Assembly: GCA_021199295.1 (NCBI GenBank)
Contig: JAJQII010000002.1
Coordinates: forward strand, 7,756-71,755
Direction: 5' to 3'
Source of the DNA: Clostridia bacterium
Lineage (GTDB): Bacteria; Bacillota; Clostridia; Christensenellales; Borkfalkiaceae
Length of the DNA: 64,000 nucleotides
The position numbers and the translations under genes were made by a program. Positions 30,036-38,538 of the stretch are shown piece by piece (position 1 is the stretch's first letter; every line of letters starts with the position of its first letter). Below the pieces are notes generated by a model. That model was given only the letters and a program-made list of their open reading frames with translations, had not been told where the DNA came from and made no database searches.

Positions 30036-30343
30036 AAGCTGTTTGCCCGTGAACAGCGTGTATTTTTTCCGTTTTACCGTATTTGCCTGCGCCTGCGTAA
30101 TAATTCACCTCCGCCACTGTTTGCCGCTTATAAATCAGCTGTGTAACATTATAAACTTTTTTAAATTATTGTCAACGGCGTGAAGCCCTTAAAACCATAA
30201 AAATTTATTACCGCACCGCAGGCAAAACCCGCCGCAAAAAATTTTTTTGCTTTAGATGTAAATTTTATAAAAACGGTGTTGACTTAAAATTTTAAAGTGT
30301 TATAATACGCATTGGAAAAAGACAGGTGTCACTTTTCTTCATT

Positions 30344-30965
30344 GTGGTCGAATTATAGCTGAATGTTCACTTCGCTTAGATTGCCACGGCTTTTACAAAG
30401 CCTCGCAATGACACACTTAAGCGGCAGAAACTTACCTGTCATTGTATGTGGGTAATAACGATAACTGAAAGGCGTTTTTGCTTGGCTTTCCGCGAGCCGC
30501 TTACGCTCTTAGTGCGCGAGCGTAAGCGACACTCTGCGCACCTTATTATAAAAAAATCTATAATGTGGCGCAGATATCCTCACGTCACGCTACGCTCTTT
30601 CATCTCGCATACGCGAGGGCAGCGCTGACGCTCTGTCATTGTTCCATATTAAACGGTACACAACAATCTGTCATTGCGTGCGAGCGATAGCGACACTCTA
30701 AGCACCTTATTGTAAAAGATTTCGATAATAAGGCTTAGATGGGCTCTACCCCGTGGCAATCCCGCGCGGACGCGCGACCAGCAGGCAGGACGGCAGATTA
30801 GTTGTTTAAAAATAATACGTTACTTTCTAATAGCTCTTCGCCTTGTATGCGGTGATGACGATAGCTGAATGTTCACATCGCTTAGATTGCCACGCTTCGC
30901 TCGCAATGACACAACTCTTGTGTCCCCTGTAATGGGAAGAGAGCCGCTTGCGGCGAAGGGGTTTA
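30344..30965. repeat. Repeat cluster in the MATE/yitT divergent spacer: S units (30344-30413, about 30850-30912), P with nested Q (30512-30575), Q (30679-30740), inverted L, inverted M3
   Basis: Module identity with the other clusters. Confidence 0.9.
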
Positions 30966-30975
30966 ATAATAAAAC

Positions 30976-31237
30976 CAAATATTTACGGGCAGCAACTGAA
31001 AAACAAATTCACGAGAAATTAAAACTAATAATGAGTTTTGGGCGTCACTGCGTTATACTCAAAACCCCTAAGTATTAAGGTAAAAGATTGAATTTTGCGC
31101 ATTATACAATCCGTACGCTAAAACAAAATGCGCAAAAGAAAGAAAAAACATTCGCAGGTACAAAGTTCCGAGAATGGTTTGTCTTTTAGAGTCGTGAATT
31201 TGTTTTTCAGCAGCAATTGAAAAACAAATTCACGAGA
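30976..31237 (+). repeat. Element X copy 3 (core 31077-31234, extension 31021-31076) flanked by a ~27-bp direct repeat and a chimeric half-hairpin
   Basis: GCAGCAACTGAAAAACAAATTCACGAGAA at 30990-31018 and GCAGCAATTGAAAAACAAATTCACGAGAA at 31209-31237. Confidence 0.85.
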
Positions 31238-31259
31238 ACAAAATTATAAAGGTAATTAT

Positions 31260-32183
31260 ATGAATAAGAAGAAAGTTGCAAACATTATAATCAGGCATCT
31301 TATAGCCACTTGCGGCTGTGCCCTTTACGCTTTGGGCGTGGAGCTCTTTTTAAGCCCTAATAACCTTGCCTCGAGCGGCATTACAGGTATAGGCTTAATA
31401 CTTGAAAATTACGGCATTTTATCTACAGGCTACTGGATTATTATCTTCAATATCCCCCTGTTTGTTCTGGGATTTGTATTCCTCGGCAAAGGGCTTATGG
31501 TATCCACAATCTACTCTACCGTAATTTCCTCGCTGTTTATGGAACTCTTTTCCTTCCTCTTCGGCGGCAGCTGCCTCGACATCCTGCCCCTTACAAGCAA
31601 CTCGCTTATCGCAGCCGTTGCCGCAGGTATTTTGTTCGGCCTTGGGCTGGGGCTTGTTTTCAGGGCACATTCCTCCACAGGCGGCACGGATATCATAGTA
31701 AAGATACTGCGCAAGAAATTCAGATACCTTGAAACGGGCGAGATTGCCTTTGCCGTAAACGTTATTATAGTAACGCTCGGCGCTATATTTATACAGACCA
31801 CCGAACTTGTTGCAGAAATGACTCAGGTAGAAAGGTGGATTTACTCGGTAATATCGCTCGCCACCGAAACGTTTACCTTCGACTACGTTTTATACGGCAG
31901 CAACTCGGCAAAGCTCGTCTACATAATACCCGGCGGCTGCGACGTGGAAACCATGTGCAGACACATAATGACCGAGGTAAACACGGGTGCGACATTTTTA
32001 AACGGCAAAGGCGCGTACACGAATACGGACAAGGAAGTTATAATGTGCGTATGCAGGAAAGCCGCCTTCCCCAAACTTAAAGATATCGTAAAGAAAGAAG
32101 ACCCCAAAGCCTTTATGATAGTCACTTCGGCAAAGGATATTTACGGCGTGGGCTACCAGGACCCCAATGCCGACGAACTATAA
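31260..32183 (+). CDS. YitT family membrane protein (DUF2179 C-terminal domain)
   Basis: 307 aa, 5-6 TM, C-terminal FPKLKDIVKKEDPKAFMIV. Confidence 0.8.
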   Translation: MNKKKVANIIIRHLIATCGCALYALGVELFLSPNNLASSGITGIGLILENYGILSTGYWIIIFNIPLFVLGFVFLGKGLMVSTIYSTVISSLFMELFSFLFGGSCLDILPLTSNSLIAAVAAGILFGLGLGLVFRAHSSTGGTDIIVKILRKKFRYLETGEIAFAVNVIIVTLGAIFIQTTELVAEMTQVERWIYSVISLATETFTFDYVLYGSNSAKLVYIIPGGCDVETMCRHIMTEVNTGATFLNGKGAYTNTDKEVIMCVCRKAAFPKLKDIVKKEDPKAFMIVTSAKDIYGVGYQDPNADEL

Positions 32184-32244
32184 TCTGGTATTGATAAATT
32201 ATCTTATTTTGGTTATTTTAATAATATCAACATAACTTTATAAT

Positions 32245-32276
32245 GTACCTCATAAAACAAGTGAGGTACATTTTTT
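32245..32276 (+). promoter_or_regulatory. terminator-like hairpin that sequesters the pdxS Shine-Dalgarno
   Basis: GTACCTCA-N9-TGAGGTAC followed by TTTTTT, then ATG at 32277. The only GAGG upstream of pdxS lies in the 3-prime arm. Confidence 0.5.
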
Positions 32277-33161
32277 ATGGAAAAATTTCTGCAGGAACGC
32301 TGGGAACTCAACAAAAACCTTGCCCAGATGCTCAAGGGCGGGGTTATTATGGACGTAACCACACCCGAACAGGCTAAAATTGCCGAAGATGCAGGCGCTT
32401 GCGCCGTAATGGCACTCGAACGCATACCCGCCGATATACGCGCGGCAGGCGGCGTGTCGCGTATGTCAGACCCTAAAATGATTAAAGGCATACAGCAAGC
32501 CGTCTCTATCCCCGTAATGGCTAAATGCCGCATAGGTCACTTTGCCGAAGCACAGATTTTGCAGGCGATAGATATAGATTACATAGACGAATCGGAAGTA
32601 CTTTCCCCCGCCGACGATATACACCATATAGACAAGCGCAAGTTCGCCGTGCCCTTCGTCTGCGGCGCTAAAGATCTGGGCGAGGCGCTGAGGAGAATTA
32701 ACGAAGGCGCTTCCATGATACGCACTAAGGGCGAACCCGGGACGGGCGACGTTGTACAGGCGGTAAGGCATATGCGGGCGATGAACGCCGAAATACGCAG
32801 GCTTGTATCTATGTCGGGCGACGAGGTATACGAGGCGGCAAAAAGACTGCAAGTGCCGTACGACCTTGCCCTTTACGTACACGAAAACGGCAGGCTGCCC
32901 GTGGTAAACTTTGCGGCAGGCGGCATAGCTACCCCCGCCGACGCCTCGCTGATGATGCAACTGGGCGCTGAGGGCGTGTTCGTAGGCAGCGGCATTTTTA
33001 AATCGGGCAACCCCGCCAAACGCGCGAGGGCCATCGTACAGGCGGTGACAAACTACGCCGATGCCAAACTTATTGCCGAACTTTCAGAAGATTTGAGCGA
33101 AACCATGGTAGGTATTAACGAACAGGAAATAGCCCTTCTTATGGCGGAGCGCGGCAAATAA
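32277..33161 (+). CDS. pdxS: pyridoxal 5-prime-phosphate synthase, lyase subunit
   Basis: 294 aa, ...[38 protein letters not shown]... Confidence 0.97.
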   Translation: MEKFLQERWELNKNLAQMLKGGVIMDVTTPEQAKIAEDAGACAVMALERIPADIRAAGGVSRMSDPKMIKGIQQAVSIPVMAKCRIGHFAEAQILQAIDIDYIDESEVLSPADDIHHIDKRKFAVPFVCGAKDLGEALRRINEGASMIRTKGEPGTGDVVQAVRHMRAMNAEIRRLVSMSGDEVYEAAKRLQVPYDLALYVHENGRLPVVNFAAGGIATPADASLMMQLGAEGVFVGSGIFKSGNPAKRARAIVQAVTNYADAKLIAELSEDLSETMVGINEQEIALLMAERGK

Positions 33162-33733
33162 TGGTAATCGGCGTGCTGTGCCTGCAAGGGGCTTTTTACG
33201 AACACAGGAAAATGTTCAATAGTTTAGGCATATCCACCGTCGAATTGCGCAAAGCAAGCGATCTGGACAAGCCTTTTGACGGGCTCGTTATCCCAGGCGG
33301 GGAGTCTACCGTGATGGGTAAGCTTTTAAACGAGCTGGGCATGGCTGAAAGGCTTAAAGGCATGATACAAGGCGGCTTGCCCGTCTACGGAACATGCGCG
33401 GGGCTCATACTTCTGGCAAAAAAGATAACCAACGACAGCAGAAAGGGGCTTGCCACTATGGATATTTCGGCAGAGCGCAACGCCTACGGCAGACAGCTTG
33501 GCAGCTTTGCCACCGACACGCGTTTTAAGGGCATAGGAACTATCCCCGCCGTATTTATACGCGCACCGTATATTACCGAAGTGTGGGGCGATACCGAGGT
33601 GCTTGCCGAGGCAGACGGCAAAATAGTAGCCGCCCGCGAGAATAATCAGCTGGTAACGGCTTTCCACCCCGAACTTACCGACGATTTACGCATACACGAA
33701 TATTTTATAAATATGGTAAAACACCATACATAA
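33161..33733 (+). CDS. pdxT: pyridoxal 5-prime-phosphate synthase, glutaminase subunit
   Basis: 190 aa, ...GTCAGLILLAK..., ...FHPEL...; overlaps the pdxS stop. Confidence 0.96.
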   Translation: MVIGVLCLQGAFYEHRKMFNSLGISTVELRKASDLDKPFDGLVIPGGESTVMGKLLNELGMAERLKGMIQGGLPVYGTCAGLILLAKKITNDSRKGLATMDISAERNAYGRQLGSFATDTRFKGIGTIPAVFIRAPYITEVWGDTEVLAEADGKIVAARENNQLVTAFHPELTDDLRIHEYFINMVKHHT

Positions 33734-33820
33734 GGCATTATTTACGGCAAATTACAAAGTAAATCCAGGCGGCGGCAAATTTTGCCGCCGCTTGGATACA
33801 GTATAAAAAAGCGGGAAAAC

Positions 33821-34312
33821 ACGATAGCATTACTTAGATTGCCACGGTGGGGAGGGTAAAGCCCATCTAAGCCATATTACCCGAAAAACCCCTTCGCCAC
33901 AAGTGGCGAAGGGGTTTACAAGGGCAACGCCCTTGTCATCTTGAGCGAAGTCTGAAAGACGTAGTCGAAAGATCTCCTACCTTAAGTGCTCGATTGTCGT
34001 GCAACGCTGGTTGCAATGCGCTACCACCGCTTTAAAGGTCATAATGATAACTGAATGCCGCCGTAATTAGTCGGTCGCGAGCCGCAACTATCGTTGCTCT
34101 CGCGGGATTCTTCGACTCCGCTCAGAATGACGGAAAAGCGACCACTCCCCCCTCGTCATCCTGAGGAACGCGTAGCGTGACGTGAGGATATCTGCGCCAC
34201 ATTATCTGAAACCTTTTACAATAGGGTGCGCAGAGTGTCGCTACGCTCGCACGCTAAGAGCGAAGCGGCTCGCGGAAAGCCAAGCAAAAACGCCTTTCAG
34301 CTACCGTTAGAC
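33821..34312. repeat. Repeat cluster downstream of pdxT: partial S, M3-like perfect hairpin, GTCAT-hairpins (33935-33975, 34104-34131 reverse, 34155-34192), N, Q (34189-34252), inverted P
   Basis: Module identity with the other clusters. Confidence 0.9.
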
Positions 34313-34317
34313 CACAT

Positions 34318-34347
34318 TAAAAAAGCGGGAAACATTCCCGCTTTTTT
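34318..34347. terminator. bidirectional rho-independent terminator
   Basis: AAAAAA-GCGGGAA-ACA-TTCCCGC-TTTTTT, about 90 nt downstream of tRNA-Arg on the minus strand. Confidence 0.8.
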
Positions 34348-34433
34348 GGTTCTGCGCGGATTTAGTAAGGAGGCGCAGCCGACGGATTAGCGATTGCTAA
34401 CCGTAGGCTCAATCGCGTCACCGCGGAAATTTT

Positions 34434-34509
34434 TGGTGCGTCCGCCGAGGCTCGAACTCGGAACGAGAGCGTCGGAGGCTCTTGTTTTATCCAATTAGAC
34501 TACGGGCGC
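34434..34509 (-). tRNA. tRNA-Arg (anticodon CCG), CCA encoded
   Basis: Hand-folded 76 nt. Acceptor GCGCCCG/CGGACGC (C4-A69 mismatch), anticodon arm AGAGC-CUCCGAC-GCUCU, T arm CCGAG-UUCGAGC-CUCGG, D stem with one C-A mismatch. Confidence 0.8.
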
Positions 34510-34512
34510 ATG

Positions 34513-34689
34513 TCACCTATATCTGTTCTCTTCTTCGCTGTAAATAAATCCCGCCGCATTCAGCCGCCCGTTAATTAAGGCATATTCCCAGCCCAATTGG
34601 CTGCATAGCTCTTCTACGGAAGGGCAGCCGTCACGCAGCTTCATATTGACTATCGACAGCAAAATAAAATCATCTTCGGGCAGTTCCAC
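34513..34689 (-). CDS. DUF4250-like small protein
   Basis: Not in the ORF track (58 aa, GTG start after GGGGAGA). Own translation VELPEDDFILLSIVNMKLRDGCPSVEELCSQLGWEYALINGRLNAAGFIYSEEENRYR. Confidence 0.7.
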   Translation of the reverse strand: MELPEDDFILLSIVNMKLRDGCPSVEELCSQLGWEYALINGRLNAAGFIYSEEENRYR

Positions 34690-34758
34690 TTATCTCCCCC
34701 AAACCATAGCCCTGTTTCGGGCATTGCTAAAAATTATTATAGCACACCCGTGTGCGCT

Positions 34759-34786
34759 TTGCAATTGATTTTTTTTGTGTTATACT
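34759..34786 (+). promoter_or_regulatory. sigma-A-type promoter of mnmA
   Basis: TTGCAA, a 16-nt spacer, then TATACT, about 30 nt upstream of the ATG. Confidence 0.65.
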
Positions 34787-34816
34787 GATTAAAACAAACT
34801 TTTAAGGTACACGGCA

Positions 34817-35890
34817 ATGAAAAAATCGGTAGTAGTCGGCATGAGCGGCGGCGTAGACAGCTCGGTTGCCGCTTTAATTTTAAAACAGCAGGGTTACGAC
34901 GTAACGGGGCTGTTTATGCAAAACTGGGAAGAAAACGACGATTCGGGCGCATGCACTGCAGAGAGCGACTTCGCCGACGTAAGGCGGGTATGCGGCATGC
35001 TCGATATCCCCTACTACACCGTAAATTTTGCAAAGCAATACTACGACCGCGTGTTCACTTACTTTTTAGCCGAATACAAAGCAGGCAGAACGCCCAACCC
35101 TGACGTGCTGTGCAACAGGGAAATCAAATTCGGCCCTTTCCGCGAATATGCCGCAACGCTCGGGGCGGACTATATCGCCACGGGGCACTATTGCGGCATT
35201 GAACATTGCGGCGGCAGACACCGCCTGCTCAAAGCCAAAGACGCGGGCAAAGACCAGACCTACTTTTTAAACCAGGTAAGGGAAAGCCAGCTTGCAAACG
35301 TACTCTTTCCTCTCGCAAATTTAGATAAAAAAGAGGTACGCGCCATTGCCGAGCAAAACGAGCTTGCCACCGCCGAAAAGAAGGACAGCACGGGCATTTG
35401 CTTTATCGGCGAAAGAAACTTCCGTAAATTTTTGCAAAATTATCTGCCCGCGCAAAACGGCGAGATACGCACGCTGAACGGCAAAACCGTGGGCGAGCAT
35501 ATCGGGCTTATGTATTATACTATAGGGCAGCGAAAGGGGCTCAACCTTGGCGGTACTCGCGGCGAAGAAGGCAGATGGTTTGTGGTAAAAAAGGACTTGC
35601 AGAACAATATACTCTACGTTTCCCACGGCGACGAAACGCCCCTGTATTCGGCGGCATGCACGGCGACAGAACTCAATTTTATAGGTTTTGAACCGCCTGC
35701 GGCGTTTGAATGCACGGCGAAATTCCGTTACCGCCAGCCCGAACAAAAAGTTTGGGTAAAAATCGAGGGCGGCAAGATGCAGATTGAATTTTCCGAACGC
35801 CAGCGTGCCGTAACCGAAGGGCAATATGCCGTGCTTTACCTTGGCAGCCAATGCCTCGGCGGCGGCGTGATTGACACGGTAGTATATTGA
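34817..35890 (+). CDS. mnmA: tRNA 2-thiouridine(34) synthase
   Basis: 357 aa, VVVGMSGGVDSSVAA PP-loop, ...DQTYFL... Confidence 0.96.
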   Translation: MKKSVVVGMSGGVDSSVAALILKQQGYDVTGLFMQNWEENDDSGACTAESDFADVRRVCGMLDIPYYTVNFAKQYYDRVFTYFLAEYKAGRTPNPDVLCNREIKFGPFREYAATLGADYIATGHYCGIEHCGGRHRLLKAKDAGKDQTYFLNQVRESQLANVLFPLANLDKKEVRAIAEQNELATAEKKDSTGICFIGERNFRKFLQNYLPAQNGEIRTLNGKTVGEHIGLMYYTIGQRKGLNLGGTRGEEGRWFVVKKDLQNNILYVSHGDETPLYSAACTATELNFIGFEPPAAFECTAKFRYRQPEQKVWVKIEGGKMQIEFSERQRAVTEGQYAVLYLGSQCLGGGVIDTVVY

Positions 35891-36165
35891 AACTAACGCC
35901 GCCGAGGCATAAGGGTATCCCGAAAAAGATTTGCCTGCAAAGGTTTTTCGGGAAGAGGAACAGAAATTGAAGTAATATTGCCGCCAGTCTGAAAGGCTGG
36001 CGGCTTTGAACGTAAATTTCTGTGACGAGGCGGCGGCGTGATTGACACGGTAATATATTGAAACTAATGCCGCCGAGGCATTAGGGGAAAGCTATTAAAG
36101 CGGTAATATGATAGCTGAAAAGCGTTTTTGCTTGGCTTTCCGCGAGCCGCTTCGCTCTTAGCGTG
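35858..36165. repeat. 53-bp duplication of the mnmA 3-prime end (35858-35910 and 36029-36081) bracketing a 118-bp hairpin-rich insert, followed by a truncated P module (36103-36165)
   Basis: The two 53-mers differ at 2 positions. The first copy contains the mnmA stop codon. Confidence 0.9.
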
Positions 36166-36221
36166 CGAGGGCTTTATTGCAAACGGTAATCGTTGCAATC
36201 AGATAAAAAACACCATTTTAC

Positions 36222-36252
36222 TAAAACAGCCTTCCCGAAAACGGGAAGGCTG
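36222..36252 (-). terminator. terminator after the orphan 565-aa gene
   Basis: CAGCCTTCCCG-TTTT-CGGGAAGGCTG followed by TTTT on the minus strand. Confidence 0.7.
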
Positions 36253-36312
36253 TTCTGATACGTAATTTTCAAAATAATACAATTAACCAATCCGTGTGCA
36301 AATTAAAGGCTA

Positions 36313-38010
36313 TCATAAATCAGACTTTTCAGCCACGTTCTTCTTTTCACGGGTTTGCTCTTGCGAAGCCGTAATATCAGCAACCTTTTTCTTGGGGGCA
36401 GTGCCTAATACCTGGCCGGATATTTCGTTTTGCTTTTCTTTGTTTGCCTCACTTAATTTTACTCGGTTAGTTCCTGTGGCAGCGGGCGCAGCTTTTGCCT
36501 GTTCAGCCTGCTGGGCTTCACGCTTTGCCTTGTTTGCCTCATATTCGCGCCTGTCCATTTCTTCACGCTCAATCTTGGCTTCCTCGGATCTCTTGTGATC
36601 TTCTATAACTGCCTGCTTAGCGCGTTCATTATCAACCCGTTCACGCCGCTTAGCCTCAGCCGTTTGCTGCCTGACGATCTGCTTTACGTCGCTGGAAAGT
36701 TTGTTTATGTAAGCTTTCTGCTGCCTCTGTTCGAGTTTTAACTGGTTTTTGCGTTCAGTTTCTGCCGCCTTCTGGCGGGCTTTCTGTTCCCTGTCAACCT
36801 TTTTATAGTTTGCCTGAACTTCTCTGAGTTCAGCCCTTATCTTATTCTTTTCCGCCCTGTTGGCAGCCTGTCTTATCCTGTCTTTGTAGCCGTTGACTAC
36901 CTGCTTACGCTTTTCCGATTCGGCTTTCTTTTCTTGCTTCAGGTAAATTTTATGCTTCTTTTCAGCCTCTTTCCTTGCCTTTTCCGTAATCTTTTGCGCG
37001 AGCTTTGCCGCCTTTAAATCGGCAGGGCCTACCACGTGCTTTATATTGTTTTTATCCTTTGCGAAGTTGGCGTGGGCAATGGGAATGGTCTCAACGTTGC
37101 ACTTCCCCTTGCCGTCCATCGTAAATTTTGTAAACTCAACGATCTTTCTACTCGCTATAGCGTCAACTATAGCGCTTTTGGCTTTCTTAAGATTTTCTTC
37201 GTCGAGTTTCTTGTCGCCCGTCTCGCGGTAATCGATATTGTGACCGTCTATGCTGAAGCAGTTGATAAAATGCTTATAGTCGGCGTTTACGTCAGGGTTG
37301 CCCATGCAGCTTTCAGCCTGCAGGTTACCTAAAAGCTCATCAAATGCCCTTGTCCTCCCTTCAGGACCATGCCCCACATATCCCTTTTTAGTCATGTCGT
37401 ACATAGGCGACTTTGTCTCGTCGCCAAAGGTAATCATACGGGGTTCTTCGGGTTCTTTGAGCCCTACGTTATAGGTATTTTCCTTTGTAACGAGGAAATC
37501 AGGGCGAGTGACATACCCCTTTTCCACGTCGTACGCGGCGGTGTCAAACCAAAGACTATCCTTTCGCAGATTGGCGTCACGGTATGCCTTGTACTGCATT
37601 ACCCATTCAATATAATTAGGATCTTCAGTGGATTCCCTGCCGTTCACTCTTCTTTCCGCCCTGTATTCACTGGAGGTAAGATAATCCTCTACATTTTTGG
37701 TAAAATCTTCAACAACAGGCCGTAACGCCCTATAATTTACTTCCTCGGGCAACCTTATGCCGCCTGCAAGGAAATAATCGTATTCATCCTTAACATCCTC
37801 TTTGTAAACGGCATTGTCAAGCCTTTGATTATAGTGTTCTTCAAAACCGTTTTTTACGAGAGTTTCCCGTATCTTTCTATATACGATATTTCTTAAAGGT
37901 TCAGCATAATCGCTGGGAGCAGACAGATCTTTGCTCATAGCCTTTATAACGTCCTTAGATATTCTGTCCGTTACTTGGTCTAAAAGACTACTCGAATTTT
38001 CACCAGGCAT
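36313..38010 (-). CDS. hypothetical protein: ~330-aa unrecognised N-terminal domain plus ~230-aa K/E/R/Q-rich coiled-coil tail
   Basis: 565-aa uninterrupted ORF with GGAGGA upstream. No signal peptide, TM segment or catalytic motif that I recognise. Confidence 0.7.
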   Translation of the reverse strand: MPGENSSSLLDQVTDRISKDVIKAMSKDLSAPSDYAEPLRNIVYRKIRETLVKNGFEEHYNQRLDNAVYKEDVKDEYDYFLAGGIRLPEEVNYRALRPVVEDFTKNVEDYLTSSEYRAERRVNGRESTEDPNYIEWVMQYKAYRDANLRKDSLWFDTAAYDVEKGYVTRPDFLVTKENTYNVGLKEPEEPRMITFGDETKSPMYDMTKKGYVGHGPEGRTRAFDELLGNLQAESCMGNPDVNADYKHFINCFSIDGHNIDYRETGDKKLDEENLKKAKSAIVDAIASRKIVEFTKFTMDGKGKCNVETIPIAHANFAKDKNNIKHVVGPADLKAAKLAQKITEKARKEAEKKHKIYLKQEKKAESEKRKQVVNGYKDRIRQAANRAEKNKIRAELREVQANYKKVDREQKARQKAAETERKNQLKLEQRQQKAYINKLSSDVKQIVRQQTAEAKRRERVDNERAKQAVIEDHKRSEEAKIEREEMDRREYEANKAKREAQQAEQAKAAPAATGTNRVKLSEANKEKQNEISGQVLGTAPKKKVADITASQEQTREKKNVAEKSDL

Positions 38011-38315
38011 AATTAAATCCTCCTGTTATCAGGTATTATTATCTTAATAAACGCAACACCGCATAGATAGTGAGCAAAAATACTTATATGGAGCGTTGCC
38101 GTATTCCATATAATTTTACGAAAAAAATGGCTATCCGTTACACCGTAAAAATATTTTACGGCAGACGGCTTTAATGCGGTGGCGTGGTAATCCAAGTAAC
38201 TTATTATACAGATATCATTCAACCTGTACTAATAAAGCGGTGATATGGTAGCCGCTACAATATTGCACAATAGTAACAAAAAACGAAAAGTTTTTTCACA
38301 AACCTGAATTTTGTA

Positions 38316-38345
38316 TTGACTTTACCATTATAAAAATGGTATACT
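38316..38345 (+). promoter_or_regulatory. candidate promoter of the SGNH lipoprotein gene
   Basis: TTGACT, an 18-nt spacer ending TGG, then TATACT. Confidence 0.55.
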
Positions 38346-38538
38346 TTTACCGACGAAATTTTTGTCGCAAAAAAAAGCAGAAAATACGGCGAAAACTACA
38401 AAAAATTATTCAATTTCCCGCCCCTGATTCGTGGTCAGGAAACGTATACTTTTTTTAGAATTTTCCCGTCTTTCACCTGCTTACGGCTTAAAAATATTTC
38501 CGTTAAGGCGGTTTTGTTGCGGCAAAAGGGGAGAATTT

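Noticed and set aside
31077-31234. Promoter function for element X (TATAAT-like strings in H3 loops, for example TATAAT in copy 2)
   Set aside because: The -10-like hexamers are not conserved between copies, and no -35 lies at proper spacing in any copy.
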